The notes under the pieces: generated by a model
What the model saw: only the letters and a program-made list of their open reading frames with translations
Told to the model about the DNA's origin: nothing
The model's database searches: none
Shown: one piece after another, positions 25,241-38,080 of the stretch
How positions within the stretch are numbered: position 1 is the first letter of the stretch
How the letters are laid out: every line of letters starts with the position of its first letter
Assembly: GCA_013239625.1 (NCBI GenBank)
Contig: MU053559.1
Location: 2,153,205-2,217,204 of the forward strand
Origin: Lama guanicoe
Taxonomy: Eukaryota
Reading direction: 5' to 3'
Length of the DNA: 64,000 nt
Position numbers and translations under genes: made by a program

Positions 25241-26851
25241 ATCCTTCAACGTAACCTCAAGGTTTACCTTTTAGAAACATCACTGTTTTCAGCACTCAGG
25301 TGGCTGCATTAACTTCAACTGAGCTCAGCAAGTACCACCAGTGAAGGTCACCTACATGCACGAATGTTCTCAAAATTATCTGTACTCCTTCTACTTACTT
25401 CTAAGGCCAGTTCTGCTTTAGAGCAATCTGGGTTCAACTCCAAGACACAGATTATATCCTCCATCTTTTGTGTATAAAATATTATTAGGGTACCATTTAT
25501 TACCCTAATGAAGAAAGGTATATCTCAGCAAATGGTATAGCCCAGATTTTAGCCTCATTTTCACAAAATCCCAATAGAGTCCAAATGAGGAAAGTCTGAC
25601 TATGTTTTGAAATTTATAAAAGATGGCACCTAGAAAAGCTAAAATATGAGTGTAAATCTAACTCCTTATTTGAAGATGGGGTCAACGAAAGGTGGTTGAA
25701 AGGAAAATGAAAGTTTTTTTTTTAAATCTCAAAGGCAGAAAATCAAGAAGAAGCAGTGGGAGCTAAAACTCCAAAAGACAGCTGAAGAAGTCCTGAATTG
25801 TAACTCCCAGGGTTTTAAGTGTTGAGATGAGTTTTCTTCATGGGAAACAAAAGGCAAATCAGTTAATGAGACTGCAGGTGAAGTGTTATGAATCTGCAGA
25901 GAAAGCAAGCTGACAGCTTGATTGGCATATTGAAGGAGAGGAAGAGAATGAATGGAAAATTTATCAGATGAAATTTACAGATGCCTTTTTAACCTCAGAA
26001 GTGAACAGGGGTAGAGATGCAAAAAAGATGCTCTCATCCTTGGAATAAATGGCTAATAATGATGGGCCCTGATTGTCTGCATACAGGGAGGATTTATCCA
26101 ACTGATATAAAATCTCATGGTTGTACCTAAGGGCAAGAATGAGACAAAATCATGAGAATAGAATACCCATAAAGGGGGATTGAGAATGAATGGCTAATGC
26201 CTCTGAGGTATCCAGCAAGGCCCAGGTACCTTAAGGAACAATCTACTTGGTCCCAACAGAAACAAAAATAACTGGACCCAAGGATCATGGAGGTGGGAGT
26301 AGCAGTATTTGAGGATTTTTGTCTTCCCTCCATTTTTCATTTTCTACTTGGAGCCCTGACCTTTTGACCAGGTGAGCTCTCAATCATATTCCTCCTTTGT
26401 TTCATGGCTCTTTGCTTTTTCTCTGAAGCACTTCATTAGACAGTGTATCTGCTGAAGTTTTCCATTTGGCCTCTTGATCATTCCGGTGGCCTCGGCCAAG
26501 GAGACAGCCTCAGAGTTCAGAGTCTATCCATGGTCCTGGATTTGTTCCCAAGGATTGGACTCCAAACATAAAGAGTATCAAATAGCTGAGAAGATGTTTA
26601 AGGATGCATGAGTACCAAGGACCGTCCAACTTCCAAGGTAGAGCAGTGACTTGATAGTCATGGGACCCATTGGTTTTGACCCAGCCTGTTCATGGTTACA
26701 GCTGCGGCGAGGCCAGACCAGGTCAATGCCCCTTACGATTGTCCTTCATGGGCTATGTGCTGTGAGACACTTTCTTAACTTCCAGTGGGTCACACACTTA
26801 TTCTTTACTGTATCTTAATGCACTGCTGAACCCAGATTGCTCCAAAGTGGG

Positions 26852-27283
26852 TGTATTAGTCAGAGCTCTCCAGAGAAACAGAACCAAGAAAGGAATTGGC
26901 TCATATAATTATGGAGGCTGAGAAGTTCCAAGATCTGCAGTTGGCAAGCTGGAGACTGAGGAGAGCTGGGGGTGTACTCCCACTCCAAGTTGGAAGGTCT
27001 GAGAACCAGGAGATCTGATGATACAAGACTCGCTCCGAGGGCAAGAAAAGACCAATATCCCAGCTCAAGTAGTCAGGCAGGCAAAGTTCCCTCTTACTCA
27101 GACTTTCTGTTCCATTCAGGTCTTCAACCGATTTGATGAAGCCCACCCGCCTTGGGGAGGGCAATCTGCTTTACTCAGTCTATAGATTCACATGCTAACC
27201 TCACAGACATATCCAGAACAATATTTGACCAACTGTCTGGTCACCTTGTGGTGGAGTCAAGTTGCCATAAAGTTAACCATATT
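26852..27283 (-). mobile_element. MLT2 (ERVL) solo LTR
   Basis: TGTATTAGTCAGAGCTCTCCAGAGAAACAGAACCAA...GGGGAGGGCAATCTGCTTTACTCAGTCTA...GTCAAGTTGCCATAAAGTTAACCAT. Confidence 0.88.
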
Positions 27284-27837
27284 AGTAAGATTAGAGTGAG
27301 TGGTGCCCACTTTCTAGGAGATATTCTAGAAGGGCTTCCCATCCCTACTCACCAACCAAAATGTCTATCCCACCCTCTTGTGAGTTCAGGAACCAATCAG
27401 AATAATGAGAAGCTCTTTTTTATGTACATATGTCTTTTTTAACAGTAATGTTTCAATGGTCCAGAAGATTGATGAAAAGCCTTTATTTATGCTCTTGTTT
27501 CTTCTGGGCTCTGGAAAGCTTTGAGAATTCAGGACAAGACCCATGACTTTTTAGACTCATCAGAAGAGTGAAAAAAAGACAGACTTAGGGAAAAATGAGA
27601 GTCATCTAATATAAGATGGCTAACTCCTATGTATTAAGAAACATTGTAAGTTTTTTAATAAAAAGTTTTCTTCAGAATTGGAATCGATTTCTCTGTTATA
27701 CCACATGCTAGCCCTCTTTCCCCCTAGCTTCTAACTCTTCTTCTTCAACCTACAGCTGCTGTTCAAAACTGACCACTGTCAGTCACCAGGAGGTTCCTTC
27801 CTGTCAATACTTAAATTACATGTTGGTCAGGATCTCC

Positions 27838-27929
27838 CAACATGGATGGACCTGGAGATCATCATTCTAAGTGAAGAAAGCCAGAGAGAGAAAGAAAAAT
27901 ACCATATGATAGCACTCATATGTGGAATC
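27838..27929 (+). mobile_element. Short L1 fragment (ORF2 end / 3' UTR start)
   Basis: CAACATGGATGGACCTGGAGATCATCATTCTAAGTGAAG...ATGTGGAATCT. Confidence 0.85.
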
Positions 27930-28009
27930 TTTCTCTTTCTTTCTTTTTTCTCCCTCCCTCCCTCCCTCCCTCCCTTTCTTTCTTTTTTCCTTTCTTTCTC
28001 TTTCTTTCC

Positions 28010-28075
<66 letters not shown>

Positions 28076-28168
28076 CTTTCTTTCTTTCTATCTTTCTTCT
28101 TCCTTTCTTCCTTTCTTCCTTCCTTTATGCCTTTCTTCTTTCTTTCTTCCTTTGTCCTTTCTTTCTTT
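27930..28168. repeat. (TTTC)n / pyrimidine-rich microsatellite
   Basis: Directly visible; occupies the tail position of the adjacent antisense L1. Confidence 0.95.
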
Positions 28169-28365
28169 TATTGAGGTATGGTTGACATACATATTATGTT
28201 AGTTTCAGGTGTACAGCATAGTGATTCAGTATTTTTGTAGACTATACTCCATTACAAGATAATGAGTATAATTCCCTGCGCTATACAGTATATCCCTATT
28301 GCTTATCTATTTTATACATAGTAGTTTGTATCTGTTAATCCCACACCCCTCATTTGTCCCTCCCT
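28165..28365 (-). mobile_element. L1 3' end, antisense
   Basis: TTTTATTGAGGTATGGTTGAC...GTTTCAGGTGTACAGCATAGTGATTCAG...TATACATAGTAGTTTGTATCTGTTAATCCC. Confidence 0.85.
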
Positions 28366-29171
28366 GTGACTTGCTTTTGTTTTCCTTTGCTCCCAACCTT
28401 TTGTTCTCTCTTCTCCTTCTCCTTGCCTAGCTTCTCCTCTCTTCTACCTTTCCCTTCTTGTTGTGCTTTTGTCCTTCCTACTCTTTTGCCCTTCACACTT
28501 TGTTCTCTTTCCTCATTCTGCTTTTAGCCCTATCAATGACTCCACCTTGCAATGGATCTGAAAACCTCTCATTTTTCTAATGTCTTCGACTCTGACAAAA
28601 GCTAGGAATCCTCTCCTCAGAATACAGCACAGATGCGCATATTGGTCATTGATGATGCCTGAAGCTTTCCAGGTCAAGAACTCCAGGAATAAGTGCATTT
28701 GTAGTCCAATTGTTACCATGAATCAAATGATAAAATGGTTTCAAGGAACCACCTTAAGGAGACAAAAACAACTTCAAATAAATTTGGCAAGGAGGTAATC
28801 AGTATGAATGTTAAAAGATTCCACTGGATCATATAGCTGAAAAGGGAGCCTTGGAAATCACATGAGACCCAGAACGATTTCGGAGGTCCACAGGCTCATA
28901 AAGTTGTTTGTTAGCCAATGGTGGAAATAGCGACATGGCATCCTCTCCCTGTCGCCATCTATAGCTACATGTACAACTAGCATTGCATACCTGTAGGTCA
29001 CATCTTCTGTACATCTTAAAACCCCAAAGCATCATTTTCTCGTAAGGACTGTCATTAAAGTGAATTTAGTTAGTCAATAAATGTAATAGCCCTGAGTGGC
29101 TCTTTCTACAAATGAATATTTCTGAACATTGAAGAATAATTTTAGGCTCTTAGGAATTATTTTTGTTTTGA

Positions 29172-29200
29172 ACACACACACACTTTCACATGCATGCATG

Positions 29201-29245
<45 letters not shown>
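29172..29245. repeat. (CA)n microsatellite
   Basis: Directly visible. Confidence 0.95.
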
Positions 29246-29248
<3 letters not shown>

Positions 29249-30240
29249 TCCTTCAGTCCCCTCTTCTTTCCAAAATATATTTTAGAACTTCTTCCTCAAG
29301 GTACTATCCTGTTTATAGGGAAAAATTTCCACTTTGTATATTTGTCATCTTTCCCCAAGTCTCCTATTTGGATTTTTTTCTCATTTCCTCCCTACTACTC
29401 AGTAGAACCAGATGACAATTTTATAGTCAAAGGAATTTGCATGATATAAATGCACTATGAAATGAGCATAACAGAAATGTATTGCTCTATTGTAAATTAC
29501 TAATATAATTGCACTTCCATCTGGGAATTCTTTAAAGCATGGTTAAATTTTTAGTAATGGCAAGTTAATGACATATTAAAAATGAAACAGGAGCTATTTA
29601 TCTGAAGTAGCAATGATATTATTATTATATATTTTAAAAGGTCATCATTTATTTGAAACAATTATAGAATGACTCTAAACCACACAGAGACTTACTTTTA
29701 AAAATATACATTACATTTTCTCACTGATACTCAGCTGTGTTTAAACAGTGGTGGTTGGGTTTTTGAAGGGAGGAAGCACTATATCATTATCTTGTATTTG
29801 TCCTTTGAACAAATTTGGACCATAGGGCATTGACCTTCTAAAATCAAAGCCAACAGTGCTACATCAATCAATCGATAGCGTTAGGTCTGCTCTCTCCTCT
29901 TTTGTCCTAGATTCAGGTTCTAGGGGTTGTATGAACTTAAGATAAAAAGAAATATGATGAAAATAACTTGGCTAGCTGGGAAAAAAAAAAAACAACTCCG
30001 CTTGGGAAATGGGGAAGAGTCAAGTGTATCAGCTAAATGCCATTTCTAAAACAATAAATAAACGGCCAACGTTTTCTTTTTGGTAAAGATCTCTCCAAGC
30101 TATCATAGTAAACTGGACACGATGTGTGTTGGCAGTTAACTCTTGATTATCTAAGAAAATGAAGCACGTGAATGAGCCAAAACAGGATAATATTTGAAAA
30201 ATTCTGTTTCATTTAACATTTACCTTCCTGCTGTGTTTTT

Positions 30241-30386
30241 CCTTTTGTGTGTGTGTTGGGGGGGGGCGGTGGAAGGTAATTAGGTTTATTCATTTGTTTA
30301 TTTATTTAATGGAGGTACTGAGGATAGAATCCAGGACTTTGTGAATGCTAGGCACACGCTCTACCACTGAGTTACATGCCCCCCCA
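30241..30386 (-). mobile_element. tRNA-Ala-derived SINE (Vic-1-like)
   Basis: SINE head and tail in reverse; TSD CTGCTGT(G/C)TTT(T/C)T at 30228-30240 and 30387-30399. Confidence 0.9.
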
Positions 30387-31118
30387 CTGCTGTCTTTCTC
30401 TGAAATAACTATTAAAATCATTTCACTTTGCCTAAGGGGCACACCTCAGTCTGGTGGTGAGGGGTACAGGCTCCTTGGAGTGTGCTGGGATGGGGAAGAC
30501 CCATATCAAGTGAAATATTTACATAAAGAAAGTAGAAGTGATAATAACAGTACATGTTTATATAACACTACACAATTTATAAATTTCACATAGATGTTCC
30601 CCAACCTTGGGAGGTAGAAAAGGTGTATATAATCATCACTGATGGGTTACAGATGGATGGATGGATGGGTGGAGAGAGAGAGAATCAATTATAGGATTTT
30701 ATTTTTAATTGTCCATGTAGACACTTAAGTTTCAATTGAATGCAAACCCCAGTGGTCTCTCTCCTAATTGTTGCAGATTTTCTCAATTTTGCTGATATAG
30801 CTGTTGCACATCATTCTTTTGCATCCTATGTCTGAAGCTACCAGGTTCTGCCTTTCCCAGGTGTAGCATTCAAACCAGGGATTTGCACATGCACACATCT
30901 CCCAGTAATTGCTAATCTTACAGAGTTCAGACATTTCCAGGTTAATGTCTATCTTGGATGAGTGTTTCAGTTATGGGAACATTTTGAAAGGAAGCTGTTA
31001 GCCATTCAAATAGGAACTTATCTGCACTAGTTCATCCATCCCTCCACTTATCAAATATGTATCAAGCGGATCATTGGTGTGCCAAGCACTCTCTGGGCCA
31101 GGAGGTTAAGAGTGAATC

Positions 31119-31535
31119 CGAAGTAACCTAGAGATGATTATACCAAGTGAAGTAAGTCAGATAGAGAAATATAAATATCATATGATATCGCTTATATGTG
31201 GAATCTAAAATACGATACAAATGAATTTATTTTCAAAACAGAAACAAACTCACAGACATGGAAAACAAACTTATCGTTACTAGAGGGGAAAGGAGGAAGG
31301 GAGGGATAAATTGGGGATTTGGGATTGGCTGATACACACTACTGTATATAAAAGAGATAAACCACAAGGTCCTACTATATAGCACAGGGAATTATATTCA
31401 ATGGCTTGTAGTAACCAAAAATGAAAGAGTATGAAACATAACATATGTATATATATATAAAAAACACTAAATCACTATGCTGTACACCAGAAACTAATAC
31501 AACATTATAAGTCAACTACACTTCAATTAAAAAAA
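31119..31535 (+). mobile_element. L1 3' end inserted in an antisense L2 fragment (~31030-31580)
   Basis: Perfect TSD AAGAGTGAATC at 31108-31118 and 31536-31546; L1 3' UTR plus A-tail. Confidence 0.92.
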
Positions 31536-31729
31536 AAGAGTGAATCAAAAGTAGTCCTGGCCTGCAAGAAGCTAAACACAAGTCTGAAATCATAAAACTA
31601 GCTGGAAAGTCCTTGGGAAATTTTGGATGCTAAGGATTTAGCTCTTCCCAAGACAAGGCGTTTTCTTGGCGATGGTGGTAGTAGTTAGGGCAGAATAGAT
31701 TTTTTTTGTACATTTGAGAGACCCAAATT

Positions 31730-31910
31730 CAGCAATTTCAAACTTCAGCACACTAAAACAATTGCCAGGGCAACGTGTTTAAATGAGGTGCTGGGGTCCC
31801 ACCTCCCCAGATACAGTGATCTGATTTAATTTCTCAGGTAGGGCCAATGAATTTGAATTTTAAGCAACCCCTCCCCCGACTCCACACATTCAAACAAATG
31901 AGCTGGAGAG
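31730..31910. mobile_element. MER5-family hAT element
   Basis: TTTCAAACTTCAGCACACT...GGGTCCCACCTCCCCAGA...GAATTTGAATTTTAAGCAACCCC. Confidence 0.55.
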
Positions 31911-33244
31911 CCCCAAATAGCCCTCAAGATGTTTTCCAATGAAGTATCCTTGGCTTGGGGGCCTTGCACATCTAGTCATATCCTTTCTTGGAAACTGATT
32001 CATAGAAGTCGAGAATTAGTCCAAATGCTTCTCACAACGTGGGTGATCGTCAAGAATCCTCCTCTGTTCACACTGAACTGTTTTCTTGAAGCACGCGCTC
32101 TGTGCCTTGAATATAGAGATGGCCGTATTCTACCTTGTATTCTGGTCTGGGTCTGTCCATTTCTCTCACTTGCCAGTGAGCTACCAAAGGCAAGCGATTC
32201 ACAGTGAACAACCTCTCCCCTGCCTTGCCTTGGCACCTAAGGAGGTTTGCAACAAATGCATATTTTACTGAATTAAACCGGCAGGAGTTAAAACATTTAG
32301 AAATGTGTAACCTACTCAAAGATTGCTTGGAAGATTCTCCTCTGCTGAGCAGAAAGCCCCAGGAAGGGTTCTGTCCACCCTCCAAAGAGGCACAGGGAAA
32401 ATGCTGTTACAAAGAACTGCTTCCCATGTTCCAAGTTCTCGCTTTTGTGAATGTCTTTATGCGAGATTCCCGCAGAACTGATCATTTCCTTAACTCGTGT
32501 TTTCTTAAACTATTTTCTCATGTAACACTTGGATCCAAATGGAAAATTTTCACTGAAATGGTGAACCCATTGTGAAGTCTTTTTTCGTGAGGTATCTGGG
32601 CAGGTCTTGTTTTATTAGTTATAAGCGTTCAGCGCAAACCCACACACCAGCAACACCATCTGTGAAACTGTCCACATGCATCATTCCATTGTGCGACTCA
32701 AAAATAGAGAAGAAAATGAGTTAAATAAAAACACACAGCAGTGAATGTGTCTGGTGGGAGTTCTTCCTTGTGTTTTACATTATCACAGCAAAACATGAAG
32801 TCAGACTTGATTTTAACGTATTTAAGCAATAACCATCAAGGCACAGGGTACTTTCTGGGAATTAATGAGCAGCAAGAAGAGCTGATGGCCCAAAGTCAAA
32901 CCAAGGACCGTTAACCCCAGCTAGCTATTAATTCCCCAGGAAATGCCTGGCCCTGAGGTTGGTATTACTATTTATAAGCCCTTTATATATGAAGAAAAGA
33001 AATACATATGTCCCCCCCCTGCCGTGTCTTCATTTTTGCAGAATGCCGTGGGAAAGCAGGGAGCTGAATCACACTCTCGTTGCTGCATCAGGACTTTTCT
33101 GCTAAATTAAAAGTAATTATCAACCTGAAGGCTTTGATCTACAACCAGAGACGGACATAAGAGCCCCCACACTACCCTCCTCTTCCTCATCCTCACCACC
33201 TGGAAATGAAAGGGACGTAGTAACGCAGCATCTTCCCGGGACAT

Positions 33245-33560
33245 TTTTTAATGAGGTCTAACACACATGCAGTAAAGTGCACGAATCTTAAGCGGTCAGC
33301 TTGATAACAGTTTTTAGAGATGGAGTCACCCGCATTACAACCCAGATCAAGGTTTAGAACATTTCCAGAACCACTAAAGCCTTCTTAATTCTCTCTCCCA
33401 GGCGGGACCCCAATAAAGGTCATCACAATTCTGCCCTCAAGCCCATAGAATTGTCTTGCCTTTTCCTAAATGTTACATAAATGGAATCATACAGTGTGTA
33501 CTCTTTTTTGTGTCTATTTTTTTTCTCACCATGATGTCTGCAAGCTTCAGAGATGTTGTT
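33245..33560 (-). mobile_element. Ancient L1 (L1MC/ME-like) 3' end
   Basis: AGTAAAGTGCACGAATCTTAAG...CCCAGATCAAGGTTTAGAACATTTCCAG...AAATGGAATCATACAGTGTGTACTC. Confidence 0.8.
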
Positions 33561-34046
33561 GCCTGCCCCTCTTCTCCATGGCAGCTTCAGAGTAACTTTT
33601 AAATACACTAAAGTTGAATAAAAACCAACACAAAAACAGAAAACTTTTTTCTTTTTCTGACCTACGAGAAGCCTGGATGCCGCAAAGCTTGAATGTCTGG
33701 ATTCTGTTTGGACGGAGACAGTAACACCCATCTATGGGGTCTACAAGCCAATGGCACTGTGTGTTTAAGGACATACTAAGTCTATATCAATTACTTTAAA
33801 ATCATGGTTTTAAATACTTAAGAAGTAATTCCGAACAGGTGTCTCTTTTCAAAAATTTAGCTTCAAATATTTGAATCTTAGCAAAATTTCATTAACACGT
33901 TTACATCAGATCACATTCTTTCATAATAACAAAAGATGAAACAAAAAGCAAAATTAAAAAAAAACTCACCTGTGGTAAGGCCACTGCTTTATAAGGCTGT
34001 TCTGAGGATACACTAATCAGAACTGTGTATAAACAAACATTCATAA

Positions 34047-34218
34047 GGGAGGAGGGTGTAGCTCAGTGGTAGAGCACATGCTTAGCATGCCCAAGGTCCT
34101 GAGTTCAATCCCCAGTACCCCCATTAAAGGTAAATAAACTTAATTACCTCCCCACCTGACAACGTTAAGAAAAATTTTAAAAAGTAGTAAGTAAATAAAT
34201 ATTTTTTTAAAAAAAAGG
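34047..34218 (+). mobile_element. tRNA-Ala-derived SINE (Vic-1-like)
   Basis: A box TAGCTCAGTGG, B box GTTCAATCC, tail AAATAAACTTAATTACCTCCCC; TSD CAAAC(AT/CG)TCATAA at 34034-34046 and 34219-34231. Confidence 0.92.
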
Positions 34219-34329
34219 CAAACCGTCATAAAAACATATTGGGAGGCATCCTCCCTAAATTCCCTTCCCTTCCCTCTCCCCATTCTGAAAGGAGTTATTC
34301 TAAACTGCCTCTTATGCGCTAGGTTCTTT

Positions 34330-34500
34330 GTCACTTTTGTCCTCATAACCCTTCAAAAATGGAGCTATTGTCTTCTCCAGTTGACAGATGGAGAAACTCA
34401 GGAATGCTAGCTCATTTGCCCAAGGTCACAAAGGTAAGTGGCAGGGCGGGGACTCATCTCATCTGTCTGACTTTGAAATCCAAGCCCTTCCATCACACCC
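34330..34500 (-). mobile_element. MIR SINE
   Basis: TTGACAGATGGAGAAACTCAGG...TTTGCCCAAGGTCACA...GTAAGTGGCAG. Confidence 0.8.
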
Positions 34501-34729
34501 ATAGCCAAGTGGGAAAGGGGGGCCAGAGGAAGTCAGGGACTAGGGAGGAGAGAAGGACTGATGCAGGACTGCCACTGAGATTCTAGCAGGCAGCGCTATG
34601 CTCCTGGGGACACAGCTGAACCTTTAGTCCCTGGACTATTTAAGTGACATTTTAATGAAACTTTGCTTTAGTCTGCATTTGCCTGTGTGAGGTATGTCTT
34701 CAGCACCCTCGCAATACTCTTGTAATGTT

Positions 34730-34950
34730 GACACTTAACATTAGGGAGAACTTACGATGTGCCAGGTACCATTCTAATGCTTTCTATGTGCAATCTCATT
34801 GAACACCCTATGAGAAGGTACTACTGATCATCCCATTTTACAGAAGAGGAAATTGAGGCCCAGAGGGGTTAAGTACCTTGCTTGAGGTCACACAGCTGGA
34901 AGGGAGTGGGTTCTGAATCTGAATTCGAATCTGAGGAGCCAGATCCCAGG
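34730..34950 (-). mobile_element. MIR SINE
   Basis: CCCATTTTACAGAAGAGGAAATTGAGGCCCAGAGGGGTTAAGTACCTTGCTTGAGGTCACACAGC. Confidence 0.88.
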
Positions 34951-35367
34951 TGGTTGGGATCCTTGATCTGTTCTTATAACTACTATGCCCTACTGCATAG
35001 AGCTAGGATAATGTGCCCTTCTGTAAGCAGATTTGCCTTTGTCCTGTATTTTGACCCAGCCATCCACTTCAGATGCAAATTCCTAAAGGACAGAATGTGT
35101 CTTGTATTCTGTATTGTTTTTAAAATTACTCTGATTTCTGTATTAAGTGAGTGCTAAGTAGATATCAACTGACTCACACATCAGTATACTCATTGAATCC
35201 TCCAATAGCTTTTCATCTGGGGGGATGGATCTCATGATGGATGACGGATAACGGTGAGCCTACTTCCCAAGTGAAAAATTAGGAGACCTTCTCTGAGCAA
35301 AGATTTCGTTTTTTAGTTTTTGAATATAAAAAGTATCTGGTACAATGATTAAATGGCATTTGTTGGT

Positions 35368-35933
35368 TATTATTCTGGTTATCTCTTGCTGTGTAACAAA
35401 TCACCCAACCTTGGTAGCAGAAAGCAACAATCATTTTATTATGCTCTCAAATTCTGTATGTCAAGAATTCAAGCAGGGGACAGCATGTGTGGCTTATCGC
35501 TCTTCCAAAATGTCTGAGGCCTTGGCTGCGAAGATTCAGATGGCTGGAAGTGGCTTGAATGGCTAAGTACTGGAATCATCTAGAAGTTTTTTCACTCACA
35601 TATCTGGCATTGGGTCTGAGATGACTCAAAGACTAGAAATGATTACTGGAGCACCTATTCATGGTCCTCTCACGTGACTTGGGCTTCTTCACAGCCTGGT
35701 GTCTCAAAATAGTCTGCCATCACACATGGTGGCTCAGGGCTCCAAGAAAGAATGTTCTACACTGCATCACCTTATTTTGAGCTCGCCTCGGAAGTCACAT
35801 AGCACCACTTTTACTGGACTTTACTGGTTCAAGCAGCCAGAAGCCTGCTAAGATTCAAAAGAAGGGGATATAGATCCCCACCTGTCAATGGAAGTTATCA
35901 AAGAGTTTGTAGCCATGTTTTAAAATCACCATA
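35368..35933 (-). mobile_element. MaLR LTR (MLT1G/H-like)
   Basis: TTGCTGTGTAACAAATCACCC...CTGGAATCATCTAGAAG...TCACTCACATATCTGG...GGAAGTCACATAGCACCACTT...TAAAATCACCATA. Confidence 0.85.
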
Positions 35934-36897
35934 GTTATGCATTTACAAATGGCCTTTATTACATAAAATGTGCACTGTCCCAAGAAAGCCAAGACCATGT
36001 CTGCTTCAATAGAGCAATGACGGAGCTTGAAACTGTTGACTTATGCCTGTTAACCATAATACTCTGGTCCCCAAGTCCCCAACTAATTTTAATCTGTAGT
36101 CTTGGGACATCTTGGATCTCCAGGGAATTCCTCTAAATTAAGCACTCTCATTAATGTAGGTGAGTTGTCATTGCTTTTTCCCCCATTAAAAGGGGTGGGA
36201 CATTCCAGCTGCCAGTGTACCCTCCCCTGCTTCTTCACTCCTTCTGGGGCAGTGTTATAACTTGAGATTTTTCTACCCATTTCTTCCCCGTCAAAGCTGC
36301 AGGGGAACATTTTCTGTTTCTTGTGTGAATTTCTTACTTACTTTGTAAGCCTTACCTTGTAAATTTCTTACTGGCTGGGAAGCTGTGATCCAGCTGAGGA
36401 GATAAATGTGGAACAGAGTAATCAATATCTAAGGTCACAACCTAGGTTGATAACCTTGCGGTGAATGTGGCTCCAGTTATCTAGTAAACAGTTGCAAGGA
36501 GTATTTGCATTTGTTATCTAGTAGATTCGTCATTTTGTAACCATCAGTCTTTCTGTATGTTTAGTTGTCCTAATCTTGAATCAAGTGGTCCAGAATATCA
36601 GAGGGCACTTGGAGTTCATGTTTTGGTTCAATTCATGCATTTTATAGGTGAAGACACTGAAGCCAAGGAGGTCGCCAGGGAGCCTTCTCCAAGGTCAAGT
36701 GGCTAGAAAGGAACCGAGTACGAAACAGAACCCAGGTGTCCTTACTGCTGAGCCAGGCTCTTTTCACCACCACCACCTGTGTCCTCACCACCTATTCCTA
36801 GACCTATACAGTGCCCTTCATGTTCACTTAAAAGATCCTTATCTAGAGAGGCATCTGGAAGCAGAAAAGCTGAGAGACTTCTCTCTTTTTGCTTTTT

Positions 36898-37218
36898 AAA
36901 AAAAAATTTATTTTATTGAGTTATAGTCATTTTACAAAGTTGTGTCAATTTCCAGTGTAGAGCACAATTTTTCGGTTATACATGAACATACATATATTCA
37001 TTGTCACATTCTTTTTCACCGTGAGCTACCACAAAATCTTGTATATATTTCCCTGTGCTATGCAGTATAATCTTGTTTATCTATCCTATATATACCTGTC
37101 AGTATCTACAAATTTCAAACTCCCAGTCTGTCCCTTCCCACCCCCCTACACCCTGGTAACCACAAGTTTGTATTCTATGTCTATGAGTCTGTTTCTGTTT
37201 TGTATTTATGTTCATTTG
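36898..37218 (-). mobile_element. Young L1 3' end, antisense
   Basis: Perfect 14-bp TSD TCTTTTTGCTTTTT at 36884-36897 and 37219-37232; same terminus type as the copy at 839-1053. Confidence 0.92.
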
Positions 37219-37604
37219 TCTTTTTGCTTTTTTTGATTTTGCTTGCCTTCACTAGATTGAGGGTGGGACTTTGGTAGGAAAATTAAAGAGATTGTAAGAA
37301 CTGGAAGGGCTTTTGGTCTTAGGTGGTTTTGGTGTCTTTCTGGATTTTTAACGGAAGGTGTAGGACCTTGTTGCCTGGAGGCACATTTAGGACTGGGAAT
37401 TAACCTTCTGCTTAAGAGATGCTGTTTGCTCCAGAGTTGAGGGTACTAGAACAAGTTCAGAGGATTGGAAGGGTTTGTGTGAGACTCAAAGGTAAAAGGT
37501 AAAGATATAGAAACCTCACATATTCTGAATTTTTTCCAAGGCAGTCTTGACTTTTATTTTTGGCTAATTGCTTAGCTTTGTGTTAGATGCAGGGTTTTCT
37601 ATAC

Positions 37605-38080
37605 AAACTAGGAATAGAAGGAGGCTTCTGCAACCTGATAAAGAACATCTATGAAATATCTACAGCTCAGCTCACACTTAATGGTGGAATACTAAACACT
37701 TTCCTCCTAAGATCAGAAAAAGGGGAAAGATACTGGCTCTCATTACTTTGATTCAGCATTGTTTAAAGATTCCTAGCCAAGGAAATTGGGGAAGAAAAAA
37801 AAAGAAAGGCATAAAGATTGGAAAGAAAAAAGAAAACTGTCATTATTTATGGATGTGATGATTGTTTACCAAGAAAACACTGAGGATTCTACCAAAAAAA
37901 AAATAGTAGAATAAGTGAGTTTAGCAAGATTGTATGCTTAATATACAAAAATAACAAGGTTGATATACAAAAATAAATTGTATTGCTCTATACTTACAAT
38001 AGACAATTGGAAAATGAAATCAAAAAACAATGTCACTACAATAGCTTCAGATGCCATTACATAACCTAGGAATAAATCTA
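37605..38080 (+). mobile_element. Ancient L1 ORF2 (RT region) fragment
   Basis: AAACTAGGAATAGAAGG...AACCTGATAAAGAACATCTATGAA...CTTAATGGTG...TTCCTCCTAAGATCAG...ACCTAGGAATAAATCTAA; frameshifted. Confidence 0.85.

Noticed and set aside
27846..28202. Phe/Leu/Ser-rich membrane-protein-like ORFs
   Set aside because: Translation of the (TTTC)n microsatellite
34047..34125. tRNA-Ala(AGC)-like sequences (also ~13025, 24020, 30310, 42070, 49550, 56340)
   Set aside because: They are diverged, most carry the shared SINE tail and several have TSDs; they are SINE heads, not tRNA genes
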